DNA from: Sminthopsis crassicaudata
Taxonomy: Eukaryota
Assembly: GCF_048593235.1 (NCBI RefSeq)
Contig: NC_133622.1
Span: 244,284,055-244,348,054, forward strand
DNA: 64,000 nt
Direction of reading: 5' to 3'
The notes beneath the pieces were generated by a model, which searched no databases, had not been told where the DNA came from, and worked only from the letters and a program-made list of their open reading frames with translations. Below, piece by piece: positions 52,729-63,337 of this stretch. Position numbers and translations under genes: made by a program. Positions within the stretch are counted from its first letter, which is position 1; the number at the start of each line of letters is the position of its first letter.

Positions 52729-53062
52729 TGTTAGGTTCTTACTAAGTGCTAATGAGATATTAGGTTCTTACTAAGTCGGTACTTGACAATTCTCTAGTTC
52801 CGGCCTTTACTGGGAGTTTTACTTGTGAATTCCTGGGGAAGAGCTTGCATGTTTAGGAGGAGCAAGTTCATTGGTTGCAGTAATTCTTCCCAGAAGCCCT
52901 TGCATTATCCCACGCCCATTCTCTGGGAGGATAAAAGAGGGCAGCTCTAGAGGAAAGAGAGAGTCTGGTCTGGACTAGACTTGAGGAGGCTCTCTGGAGG
53001 AAGAAGTCTCTCCTCTAGACCAGAGAGCGATCTGCAGTCTCTGGAGACAACAGCACATTACA
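52729..53062 (+). mobile_element. Solo LTR (334 bp), ERV
   Basis: TGTTAGG...ATTACA; TSD ATTGC(A/G); TATA-like GATAAAA ~52930; empty site at ~40435. Confidence 0.9.
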
Positions 53063-56000
53063 ATTGCGCTCATTGCAATCAATGAGTCATCCTTCCACTC
53101 AATTACCATATGACCCCCCTAGGAAAAAAAAAAACACTCCTTCCTCCAGTCCTTTTTATGACTTGACTCTCTTAAAATTTATTTTGTGGGATCAGCACAA
53201 TGTAAAGTTCACTTGAATTGGAATTGGGAAGATCTGAATTCAAATGTGACCTCAGATACTTATGACTGTGTTACCTGTAAAATAGAGGTAATAATAATAA
53301 CAATAAGAAAAGTTGTTAGGATTAAATCAGATAGGACTTATAAGGTACTTTCAAAACATTTAAATTCATATTATTATTGTTCATTATTATTATTTTCTTT
53401 TATCGAGGGAAGGGACATTTCCTTTGTATTTTTTTCCCCAGGACCTGAGTAAAAGCAAGTACTATATAATTTTTAAATTATCCATCCACTCCTCTATCCA
53501 TTCTTCCATCTATTCAGCATCTAATTATCCCAGGGAAATTTCTAAGATTGTAAATTTTAGACCAGGTACTAACTCATCTACTTCAGGAGGAGGAATTTCT
53601 TTATTAGACATTCATAAATCCGTGAAATCCCAGATTGTGTTAGAAAGTCTCTTACTAGATGTAGAACAGTATTTAGTACAAAGTGATTATTCAATAAATA
53701 ATTGATGAATGAATTAATAAATCAACCCCTTTCAAAGAGATCTACAAACATGTCTTCTCTCTAAAGTCATTGAATCTGATGAAACCTACTCAGTCATTTT
53801 TTTGATAAACTTTGAAATTTTATTTTTGAAGAGTGCTATGATTGATAACACATTTTTCATATTCTTCCTCATAAGACTCAGAAGAGATATGTGAAGAAGA
53901 AAGTACAAGGCACTTTATCCCCAATTTTCAGATGAAGAAACTGTGGCTGAGACATTCCATAATATGTTGTGTTCTATGCTGTGCAATACCACCTAAAGGT
54001 AATAGATTCAACCACTCAGTCAACTTTGATCCTTTTGGTAACCTCAGATTGACCTAACAGTCCCAAAGCCAAAGAGTGGGCTATAGAATTCCCTTTAGAT
54101 AAGTCCAGTCTAGTTTAGACCTTCCTTAAACTGTGTTCGGGTATGTTCTCCAAAGAGCAGTAGGCCACAGCTTTGGACAGAAACAGAGCGGTTACAATGG
54201 TGATTCTATCCCTAGAGAAGTCACAAAAAAGCTAATCAGTCTTGATAATGAATTATCAGGTATTTTTACATTGGATGAAATACCTGACAAAGGCTGTCCT
54301 ATGCTAAGACTAAGAACCACAGGACCAGGTCACTCACGTATACTTCCTGGGACTGATCTGCAGAACATGAAAGAAACTGACATCCCCCATCTTCCCATAT
54401 TCCTCATCTGGGAACTCTAGAAAGCTTGGCATTGGAAAGGGCATGATTATTGCCTTGAGTATTAAAACCAACCCTGAGAGGTCTAGGATTTGAGGAACAA
54501 CACACAATGATTCTCAAGCTGGGGAAAGAATGATGACTAACATACCCTTTTTGATATTATGCATTTCTCTTTTGACTTTCACCACATCCAGAGAGTCGGT
54601 GCTATTATTTTCCCCTCTTAGTTATGGGAAAATTTAGGCCAACAGAGGTTAAAATATTATACATGTAGTGATTGAGGCAGAATTTGAACTCTTGTCTTCT
54701 GATTCCAGCCTCAAGTTTTTATCCACTGTGCTTCTTTGGTCCATGGGCATGCCATCCAATGATGGGTGTGTCCTAGGAGTGACCATGATGGAGAGGAGGG
54801 AGTTGTCTCTAGTTCAGGGAGAATTGTAGGGTTTTGCTTGGTTATATTTTTTTAAGTTCTTTGGCAATTGCTCTGGAAGGATTCTCAGTGGATCTGCTCA
54901 GAATATCATCCATGTAAAGTTGACATTTTGCAGTATGATATGGTGGGTGGAACTTCTTCTATAACAGGGATTCTTAATCTAGATTTCCAAGCACCAATGG
55001 AATTAGATATATAAAAATCACTCTTCTCTTTTCTCTTATTGTGAAATGAAATTTAGCATTTAGCTTGGGGATAATACTATTCTTTACTTCACAGGATATT
55101 TTGAGCTTTCACATGAAGTAGTGCATTTAATGATGATTCATACCATTATACATACTCAAAATTGCTCTTCCTGATTTTAGTGGATTTCATGGTGTCTTTA
55201 TAGCCTGCTCCTATCATGCAATCATGAATGATCATGAAGATCATGCAACCATGATCTGAGAGGACTTTGTTCTAACAACTAACCTGCTCTACTCTTATTC
55301 CTCCATGTTAAAAACTTGTTTTTCTTTTCAGAATGCTCTCTGTCTTTCCAGGTACTAGAATTTGTGGAGTCAGCTCAAATCCTATTCAACCCTTGAGGTA
55401 GACTATGTGAACATTTCCAAATTCCTGTTCTATATATCATGACATACAAAGATCTATAATATATCTCTCCCTTTCCCTTTCCCCCTTCTTTCCTCCTTTT
55501 TTTTCTTTTTGTGTCTCTGTCTTTAACTTTCTATCTTCCACTCTGTCTCTGTTTCTCTCTGTATGTATATGTATATGTGTGTATATATATGTATATGCAT
55601 TATTATGCATATTATTTTGCAAAATAAAGAGCTGGGTCATTTCTGATAATTCTGGGATTTGGAGTCATAGAGCAAGAATTTATTTATTTACTTATTTATT
55701 TATTTATTTTTGCTGCTTTCAGGGACGCTAGAACTATCATCGCCTTTGAATCAAGAGTAAGAATAAGAGATGACTCATAATAACAAACGTCCAATCATTC
55801 TGTTACTAGGTTATCATCTGGCCAGTAGGGAAGGGACCCCGAAGCTCAGAACTGGTTGATCAGAACTAGAAATAGTGATTTCCAAGAAAGCTTCATAGGA
55901 TTAGTACCACTACATCAATATAAAGGACTTTTCAAACCTTAAAGAACTATGTGATTATGTAGGAATTATGTAAATATTATTGGAGATTCAATTTTGTAAA

Positions 56001-56927
56001 ATGAAGACAATAATAACACCTCTAGTATTTTACAGATTTGTTATGAGGTTGAAATGTTATAATGCATTAAAATATTTTATAAATACTTTACTATAAAACC
56101 CTTTATAAATGTGCTCTTTCATTATTACAATCAGTATTTTTATTCTCTTCATCTTGTATTCAATGAAGTACTCATAGAAATGGTCTTGGGACAAGTTATC
56201 ATCCCTCTGTCATTTTTTATGATTAATATTTATAGGATAATGTTGAGTAAATGGATAAATGACATTTTATGGGGGGCAGGGTAATTGGCTGAATGTATTT
56301 AGAGGTAATCTCATCTTTTGTAGGCTCACTGTCCTGAGGACAGGAAAAATGTTTATTTATTTGATCCTATCCCCACCTGGTTTTGATTTATTCTTCCAGT
56401 TCCACATATTTGTATATTTTTCATTCTACATTTTGGGACTTTGTACATTTGGCATGGTGATTAATATGGTTCTGGATTTCAATATCATGAGAATGATAAT
56501 AATATTTATAATAATAATGGAGCATGACTTTAGATTCATTCTTCCAATCACCCCCAACAGCAGCACCTTGAGTATCTAGAACAAGGTTAGGTCTATCTCT
56601 GGGCTCTAGGTATCCCTCTAATAATGCCCTTTTGAGCTCTCATATTAATATTTTTACCACAGTGATAGTTGCAAATGATGAGTGCTCCAGTTCCATGTAA
56701 CTAGTTATTAGTAAGAATCTCTGCTTCTTCTTAGTGAGGTTAAGATGAGGGAGGGCTCAAGACTTTATTGATTACAATCTGACTTATGCCTAATTCCAAT
56801 ATGATGGACACCAGCGTTTGGCGGTCCCATCTTTTGAGCTTTCAAAGGTTCTAAAACAGGGAAAAATAAAGTCAAAGATGCAAAGAATAGAGGCCTGGAT
56901 GTATAAGCTTCCTGATTAGTGGAGATG

Positions 56928-57036
56928 AGGAGGGACATGTTGGACAGGAAGAAGTACATGGGGGTTTGCAAGGAGATGTTTGTGTACACAGCCCAGATAA
57001 TGGCAGATTCCCACAGAGAATCATTACATAGAGAAA
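56928..57036 (-). pseudogene. 109-bp fragment of an OR10Q-like CDS (TM1-TM2)
   Basis: Matches copy 4 (41677-41786 region) with 3 substitutions and a 1-bp deletion; non-OR sequence on both sides. Confidence 0.9.
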
Positions 57037-57271
57037 TCAATTCAGCATCTTTTTCAAGAAAACTCCAAAAGAGAGTCACAAAATATTGGACCTGAATGAA
57101 AAAGCAATGAAACAGCAAAAATATAAAATTAAGGTTTGGAAATTGCTTTATAAAATATGTTATCTCACATGTTCCAAAATGTCAGTATTAGAATTAATAA
57201 TTAATATCATGATTTTGAAAATAATTATTAGTAATTAATATTATTATTATTTTTTATCAATATTAATATAA

Positions 57272-57530
57272 ACAGCTAGATGGCACAGTAAATAGAGTGC
57301 TGGAGTCAGGAAAACTTATCTTCCCACATTCAAATTTGCTCTCAGATTTGTTTTCACTACTTTTGTGAACCTAGGTCTGTCATTTTATCTTGTTTATCTC
57401 AGTTTCTTCACCTTTAAAACGAGCTGCAAAAGGAAATAGAAAAACTACTCCAATGTCTTTGTCAAGAAAATCCCAAATGGGGTCATCAAGAGTCAGGCAT
57501 GATTGTAACAACTGAACAACAACAATAACA
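57272..57530 (+). mobile_element. MAR1-type SINE (CORE plus RTE tail); a second RTE-type tail at ~57040-57118
   Basis: CAGCTAGATGGCACAG...GTCTTTGTCAAGAAAATCCCAAATGGGGTCATCAAGAGTCAGGCATGA...CAACAACAA. Confidence 0.8.
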
Positions 57531-57935
57531 ATAATATTAATATGGTAAAAATAATGATCATTACTTTGAAATCTAGAATTACAATGGCAGAAAATAAAAA
57601 TGCTCTGGGAAATAGTAGGATTCTACACAAAAGTAAGACAGTTAAACTCATAGTCTGAAGGATTTCAAGAGACCATAGTCATCACTGATTCCAGCCTCTC
57701 TGTTAATAAAAAGTTTAAAATTTTATCCACGCTGCTCTCTTGGGTATTAGAGTCTTAAAAAACCTCCCAATGTTGATAGAAACCTAATTAATCAGTCAGC
57801 CAACAATCATGTATTGAGCACCTATTATGAAATTGAAGAAACTAAGAAAGTATGAATTATGGGAAATGATGCATTGGAGCTGTACTTTTTAAAGGCTCTC
57901 TTTTTAGCAACCATTGGGTCTCTTAGTCTCTACCT

Positions 57936-58898
57936 TCACAGGTTCTCAGAGGCTGCCTTTTTGCTCATGGCTTTTTTCAGAACATTTTTGACATCCTTAT
58001 TCCTTAAGGTATAAATGATAGGATTGAGGAGGGGAGTAACGAAGGTGTAGACTAAGGCAATATGCCTATCTTCATCTGCAGGAGTGCTTGATGGGGGTCG
58101 AAAGTAGACCAAACTGCCACAGCCATATTGAAGCAGGACCACAGTGAGATGGGAAGAGCAGGTGGAGAAGGCTCTCTTGCGCCCCTCAGCTGAAGGAATA
58201 TGCAAGATGGTGATGGCAATGAAGACATAGGAAATGCAGATGAGCAGGAAGGGGATGGTCAACACAAGGATGCTTATCACATAAAGGACAGCCTGTGGCA
58301 CACGAGTGTCAGCACAAGCTAGCTGCAGGACAGGTGGTATATCACAGAAAAAATGGTTGATCTCCAGGAAGCGTCCACAGAAGGGCAGGGAGAAGACCAA
58401 TGATGTGAGTGGCAGTGAAAGAAAAAGAGCCAGACTCAGGGGTCCAGCCACTATTTGGGTACAGAGCTGTGGGGTCATGATGAGAGTGTATTGTAAGGGA
58501 TGGCAGATGGCCACATAGCGGTCATATGCCATGACAGCCAATAGGAAACAGTCAGTGCTGCCAAGGGTGGCGAAAAAGAACATCTGAGTTGCACAACGAG
58601 TCAATGAGATGGGCTTTCTTTCCCCCATGATGTTGGAGAGCATCAGTGGTACCAAAGTGGTGGTATAACAGATCTCCAGGAAGGACAGGTTGGACAGGAA
58701 GAAGTACATGGGAGTTTGCAGGGAGATGTTTGTGTACACAGCCCAGATAATGGCAGCATTCCCACAGAGAATCATTACATAGAGAAAAAGGAAGAAGCAG
58801 AAGAGGAGGACCTGAATCTTGGGGGAAGAAGTGAATACCCTGAATACAAACTCAGTGGGGCCAGACTGGTTGAGATGAATAATAGCAGGAGAAGACAT
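57936..58898 (-). CDS. OR10Q1: Olfactory receptor OR10Q1-like, intact, 320 aa (copy 5)
   Basis: ATG at 58898 after acceptor TTTTCTTTGAAAG|GTGAC; all OR motifs intact; ~20 aa differences from copies 3 and 4. Confidence 0.94.
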   Translation of the reverse strand: MSSPAIIHLNQSGPTEFVFRVFTSSPKIQVLLFCFFLFLYVMILCGNAAIIWAVYTNISLQTPMYFFLSNLSFLEICYTTTLVPLMLSNIMGERKPISLTRCATQMFFFATLGSTDCFLLAVMAYDRYVAICHPLQYTLIMTPQLCTQIVAGPLSLALFLSLPLTSLVFSLPFCGRFLEINHFFCDIPPVLQLACADTRVPQAVLYVISILVLTIPFLLICISYVFIAITILHIPSAEGRKRAFSTCSSHLTVVLLQYGCGSLVYFRPPSSTPADEDRHIALVYTFVTPLLNPIIYTLRNKDVKNVLKKAMSKKAASENL

Positions 58899-60386
58899 GT
58901 CACCTTTCAAAGAAAAACAGAAAATCAAACCCCATTATTGACTTTCCTTGAAAATATCAGCAAGTTTCCATTTTGTTTCTACAATCATAGACTGGTAGAG
59001 TTTTGGACTTCCAACATTTATTAAAGATCCTTTGACAGAAATAATTTCACCTCTTTGGTTCTTAATTCATTTGTTCATGGAGGGAATGGCCTCTATTGTG
59101 CCATCTTTCTCTTACAGCCTAATAATATATATCATCAGTACAAAAATCTCTATGCTTCCTCTCACAATCCTGAACTTGAAAGGGCAAGTCGAGTGTTGAG
59201 AGCCCAATTGATTAGCATTATAGGGGTAATCCTGAGTGGTTGTGACTTTTAACATCATTGCACATAAACTCCATTGCTTAAAAGTTCCCATTCTGATGAG
59301 ATCTTTTCCATAATTCTTAACCAGTAGAAATTAATTTGTATTTATAGAATTTTTGTACTGAGATGATTTAGAAAAGGTAGAAATTAGAAAAAAGAACCCT
59401 TTTGAAATCAAAAGGTACATTGTCCTTTCTGTTTAATGGAGTCCTTGAAGAACATAGCTCAAACTTAAAGTGCTACAAATGAAATATTCCTCTTCAACCC
59501 AGAAGATTACCCAACCTCATTTATTTTCTTTTACACAGAGACATACATGCATATGTCTCTGTGTAAAAGAAAATAAATGAGGTTGGTCTTACACAATCAT
59601 GTGTAAGAAAAGCCTCTATGGGAATTGACTCCCACGTCATTAACAAAGGTACCATCAAATAGACACTATAATTTATCAAGTGGTACCTTCTGGGCCTAAA
59701 CATCTTTTTCTTTACTGGCATAACCACCAAGAGTAATTCTGTAAGTAATATAATCAATGGACGTTGAGCAAGCTTCTTAGCTCAGTTGGGCCAGCATCTT
59801 TTAAGGTGAGATCTACTGACTGTTGGACCAATGCAGTCCTGGCATGGGTCCTTTTAGTCTATTATTGCTGCTGCCAGCTACAGTAGTCTCTGCTGCTATC
59901 ACTAGTAGCTCATGGTACTGGAGATTTTTTTTTTTGTATTTTTTTGTGTTTTTATATTTACCTGACTTATTCTATCTCCAGATTAACATTCACTTAAGAA
60001 AAAGAAATAAGAAAGTATAGAAAATGTACCATATCTATGGTATCACAAAAAAGATCAGTTGAATATTCTAAGGAAGAAAATATATAAAAGGATAATACCT
60101 AGAAACTCTCAACTCCTGGACCCCAGAATCCTTGTGTACAATGATGATCCTTCCAGTTCTTAAAGACAGCTGTCACATTTTACCAAAGTCATTTATTACC
60201 AGAACATGATTAAGAAGCCAAAGATCTGAGTCTTGAACCTTTTTCTACTTCTTACCAGTTATTTTATATTGGACAAGTCACCTTTCCTTCCCAGTTCTCT
60301 CAGTTATCTAAATGAAATTAAGAGGTTGGAATAGATTGCATGCACAGTCCCTTTTAGTTTTGATCCCTGTGATCTTGGAAGAGCAT

Positions 60387-60508
60387 CAATCTCCATAATG
60401 AATATTGATTCAAAAATCTTAAATAAAATAAAAGCAATGAGATTACAGAAGAAAGTCATCCCCAGGATGATACACTATAACCAAGGAGGATTTAACCAGG
60501 AATGCAGG
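60387..60508 (+). mobile_element. Short internal L1 RT fragment
   Basis: Degenerate ISIMNIDSKILNKI..MRLQK..IPRMIHYNQGGF.PGMQ motif of L1 RT; no poly(A), no TSD; absent in units 3 and 4. Confidence 0.82.
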
Positions 60509-61849
60509 TATAAATTATTTTTAACCTAAGAAGAATAGATAACCACATGTAGATCTTTACTCAATGGTGAGACCTCATCCTTTAAGACATATAGACCTGA
60601 CTTGGCTATTATTATGGAGGCCATAGTCATCCCCCCATCATCAAGACTTCCAAAGTAGTTGCTATCAGCTACTCTTCCTCTCCCTCCCCATATCTAATCA
60701 TTTGCCATGTTTCCTCATTTCTAATTTTATGACAGTTATCACTTTGCCCATTTTCTTCCTCTGACACTTCTACCTCCTTGTATGGGCCTCTATTTCCATA
60801 TGTCCTGGCTACTACAGTAGGTTGCTAGTTGGTGTTCCTGCTTCAAGTCTAACTTAATTCCATCCCACCCTCCACTCAGCTAACAAAGTGATCATCCTTA
60901 AATTCAGTTCCAACCATGTTAGCCCTTCCCTTACCCCCTGCACTCATTGATCTCCAATGGTTTCCAATTATCTTCAGAATTCAACATAAAATCTATTTTT
61001 TAAAAAGCCATTGCTTTATTACATCTTATATTTATATACATTATACTGTCCCACATAATATGTGACGCAGTGACATTGTCCTCCTTGCTGTTTCTCCTAC
61101 AAGATACACCATCTTCCCCCTTAACAGCATTTTTTTTCTGGCTATCCCCCAGACTTGGAATTCTCTCCCTCTTCTCATGGATCATCCTGATTTCTCTGGA
61201 TTTCATCATCTTGAATAACACTGTAGAACTGAGTATGGAGCTTGGCTCCTCCTAGCACACATGCTAAATAATTCATATGAAAGGAAGTATATATTTTCAC
61301 ACATATAATACATGTATATTTTGGCTTGACTAAGCTAAGTTATTTTGGGAAGAACTCTATTATGGCATGAGGAAAGTCACTGAGAAATGACAGTGATATG
61401 TATAAAAAAGGAAGAATATGAACAAAATTTATCTGAAAGACAAGTAGGGTCCCTTAGATGTAGTGCAGGAGATGTGAAAGGGAAACTATTTCGTTCCATT
61501 AATTATACAGAAAACTAGTGATAGTCTTAGGTTTTTTTATACTACACTCCAACAGTCTGTCCTCTTTTGATTGAGGTTCTAGGAATCCTAGTTTAAAATC
61601 CCTTGTTTTCCTAACTAATTATGTGATTTTGGTCAAATTCTTTTCCTCTCTGAGCCCAAGTATTTCTGTCTAGAAATGAGGGATGTAAGCTTCATTTTCC
61701 TTAAGTCTCTTCTGAAACCCTTTAATTCCCTGACTCATATCCCACTGATTCTTCCTGATGAAAAAGCATCAAGTTTGTCCAAATTTATGGTGTCTCGCAT
61801 GCAGGAAGAGCTTCTGCTGCAATGAACTGCTCTAAAGGAAGCTTCAGGT

Positions 61850-61980
61850 GAAGTGGATAGAGCACCAGCCCTGAATTCATGAGAACCCCAGTTCAAATTT
61901 GATCTCAGACACTTAACACTTCCTAGCTGTGTGACCCTGGTCAAGTCCTTAACCCCAGCCTCAGGAAAAAATAAAATAAA
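61850..61980 (+). mobile_element. WSINE1-type SINE, 5'-truncated
   Basis: 17-bp TSD TAAAGGA(A/T)GCTTCAGGT (61833-61849, 61981-61997); empty sites at ~47175 and ~36352. Confidence 0.92.
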
Positions 61981-63337
61981 TAAAGGATGCTTCAGGTTAC
62001 AAAAATTCCCCGAGTGTGTAAGTGGTGACTCCAAAGAATTGTGGAGACTATGGGATAATTCCCTTCCATAGTTAGAGCTCATCAATTTTGCACTTAATGA
62101 GGGTTAGGAAGACATGTTAGACAATGAAGAAGTAACCAGGAACTGGTCAAAGACCCCAAGGAAGGCCCTTTTTGCATTGGACAGCTCTTCTATGGAGGAT
62201 TCATGGCAGCATATGGGTACAAGTGGCCCAGGATGAAAAGACATGTCTGTTATTGCATTAGAACACATAGAGGGGAATTGCTTCCTCAGCATGATGACAG
62301 ACCACAGCACTCTGGTTCTGGAGTCAGAAGAGAAGAGTTCATGTATGATTTTGTATGACTTTTCTCATTTGTAAAGGAAGGTTTTGGACTATTTGACTTC
62401 TGAAGTCCTTCAGGGTTCTAAGTCTATACTTTTGTGATTTTATAAGATTAAAGATCCTTGAATTATCTTCTGGACATGGACTGGAGACTCTTGTTTTAGA
62501 CCTCTCTAAGAAAAATAAAAATTTTAACAACCTAATGAGTTACAAGAACCCTGAGTCCTGTCCTGAAGGTATCAGCTTCCTCATTAGTCAAGTTAGACTT
62601 GACTATTCAGTTTGCTAGCTTCTTCCAGACAGCTGGATTAAATGTTTACTGGTGCCCTGAGTCTGTACAGGATTATTAAAAGCTGGAACTTTTCTAGGAC
62701 CTGTCTGTGGTGACTGAAGAACTGTCCACTAGACCTTTAAGAAATTGTTATCTAATGCTATTACATGCCCTGTAACATGTGTGGTCCTGCATGAGAGGCA
62801 GAGAAGGAGCAGATGCAGGTCCCTTCCTAAGGATTGTGTCATATCTCATGTGAGCTGGGAAGGACTCTAGATGATAGTGCTGAAAGGAACATTGGAACAT
62901 AGAACAGAGAATGCATCAGAACTGGTCATGTCAGCAAACATTTATTGGATGTCTGCTGTGCACCAAGAACTTTATTGTGTAAAGAACAGCTCAGGCATTG
63001 AGTCCAACTTCCACATTTTATAGATGAAAAATGTTAGGTTCAGAAAGGACAAGCTAAATAGCAAGTCGGTAGCTGAGCTGGGAATAGAACTGAGGGGTGC
63101 TGAATCCCAGTTAAAATGTGTCTCATTTATACCAGTCACTTGGCATAAATAACACTAATTTTTCTATTTGTTGCATTGAAACATGATTTGGAGGAGTTTA
63201 GCAGGCTGCCAAGAGAGTCCATGAGACTGAAAATGGTTAAGAACCCCTGGGCTAAAGTATTTTTAACATCTCATCCAGCTTTAGACTCTCTATTTTTATA
63301 TAAACAAATAAATGAAAATAGAGAAAAGAATTTATTT

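Noticed and set aside
54133-54420. 95-aa ORF, a 10-bp hairpin (TCAGGTATTT/AAATACCTGA) and a Fur-box-like palindrome
   Set aside because: Non-ATG start, no recognisable homology; stem too short for a pre-miRNA; bacterial motif meaningless in this context.
55840-55935. DFQES peptide resembling filovirus NP
   Set aside because: Needs several gaps, flanked by stops, and lies on the opposite strand to the other virus-like hint; consistent with chance.
56765-57118. 117-aa ORF containing AIIWAVYTNISLQTPMYFFLSN
   Set aside because: Chance fusion of a SINE tail, the OR micro-fragment and unrelated DNA; non-ATG start.
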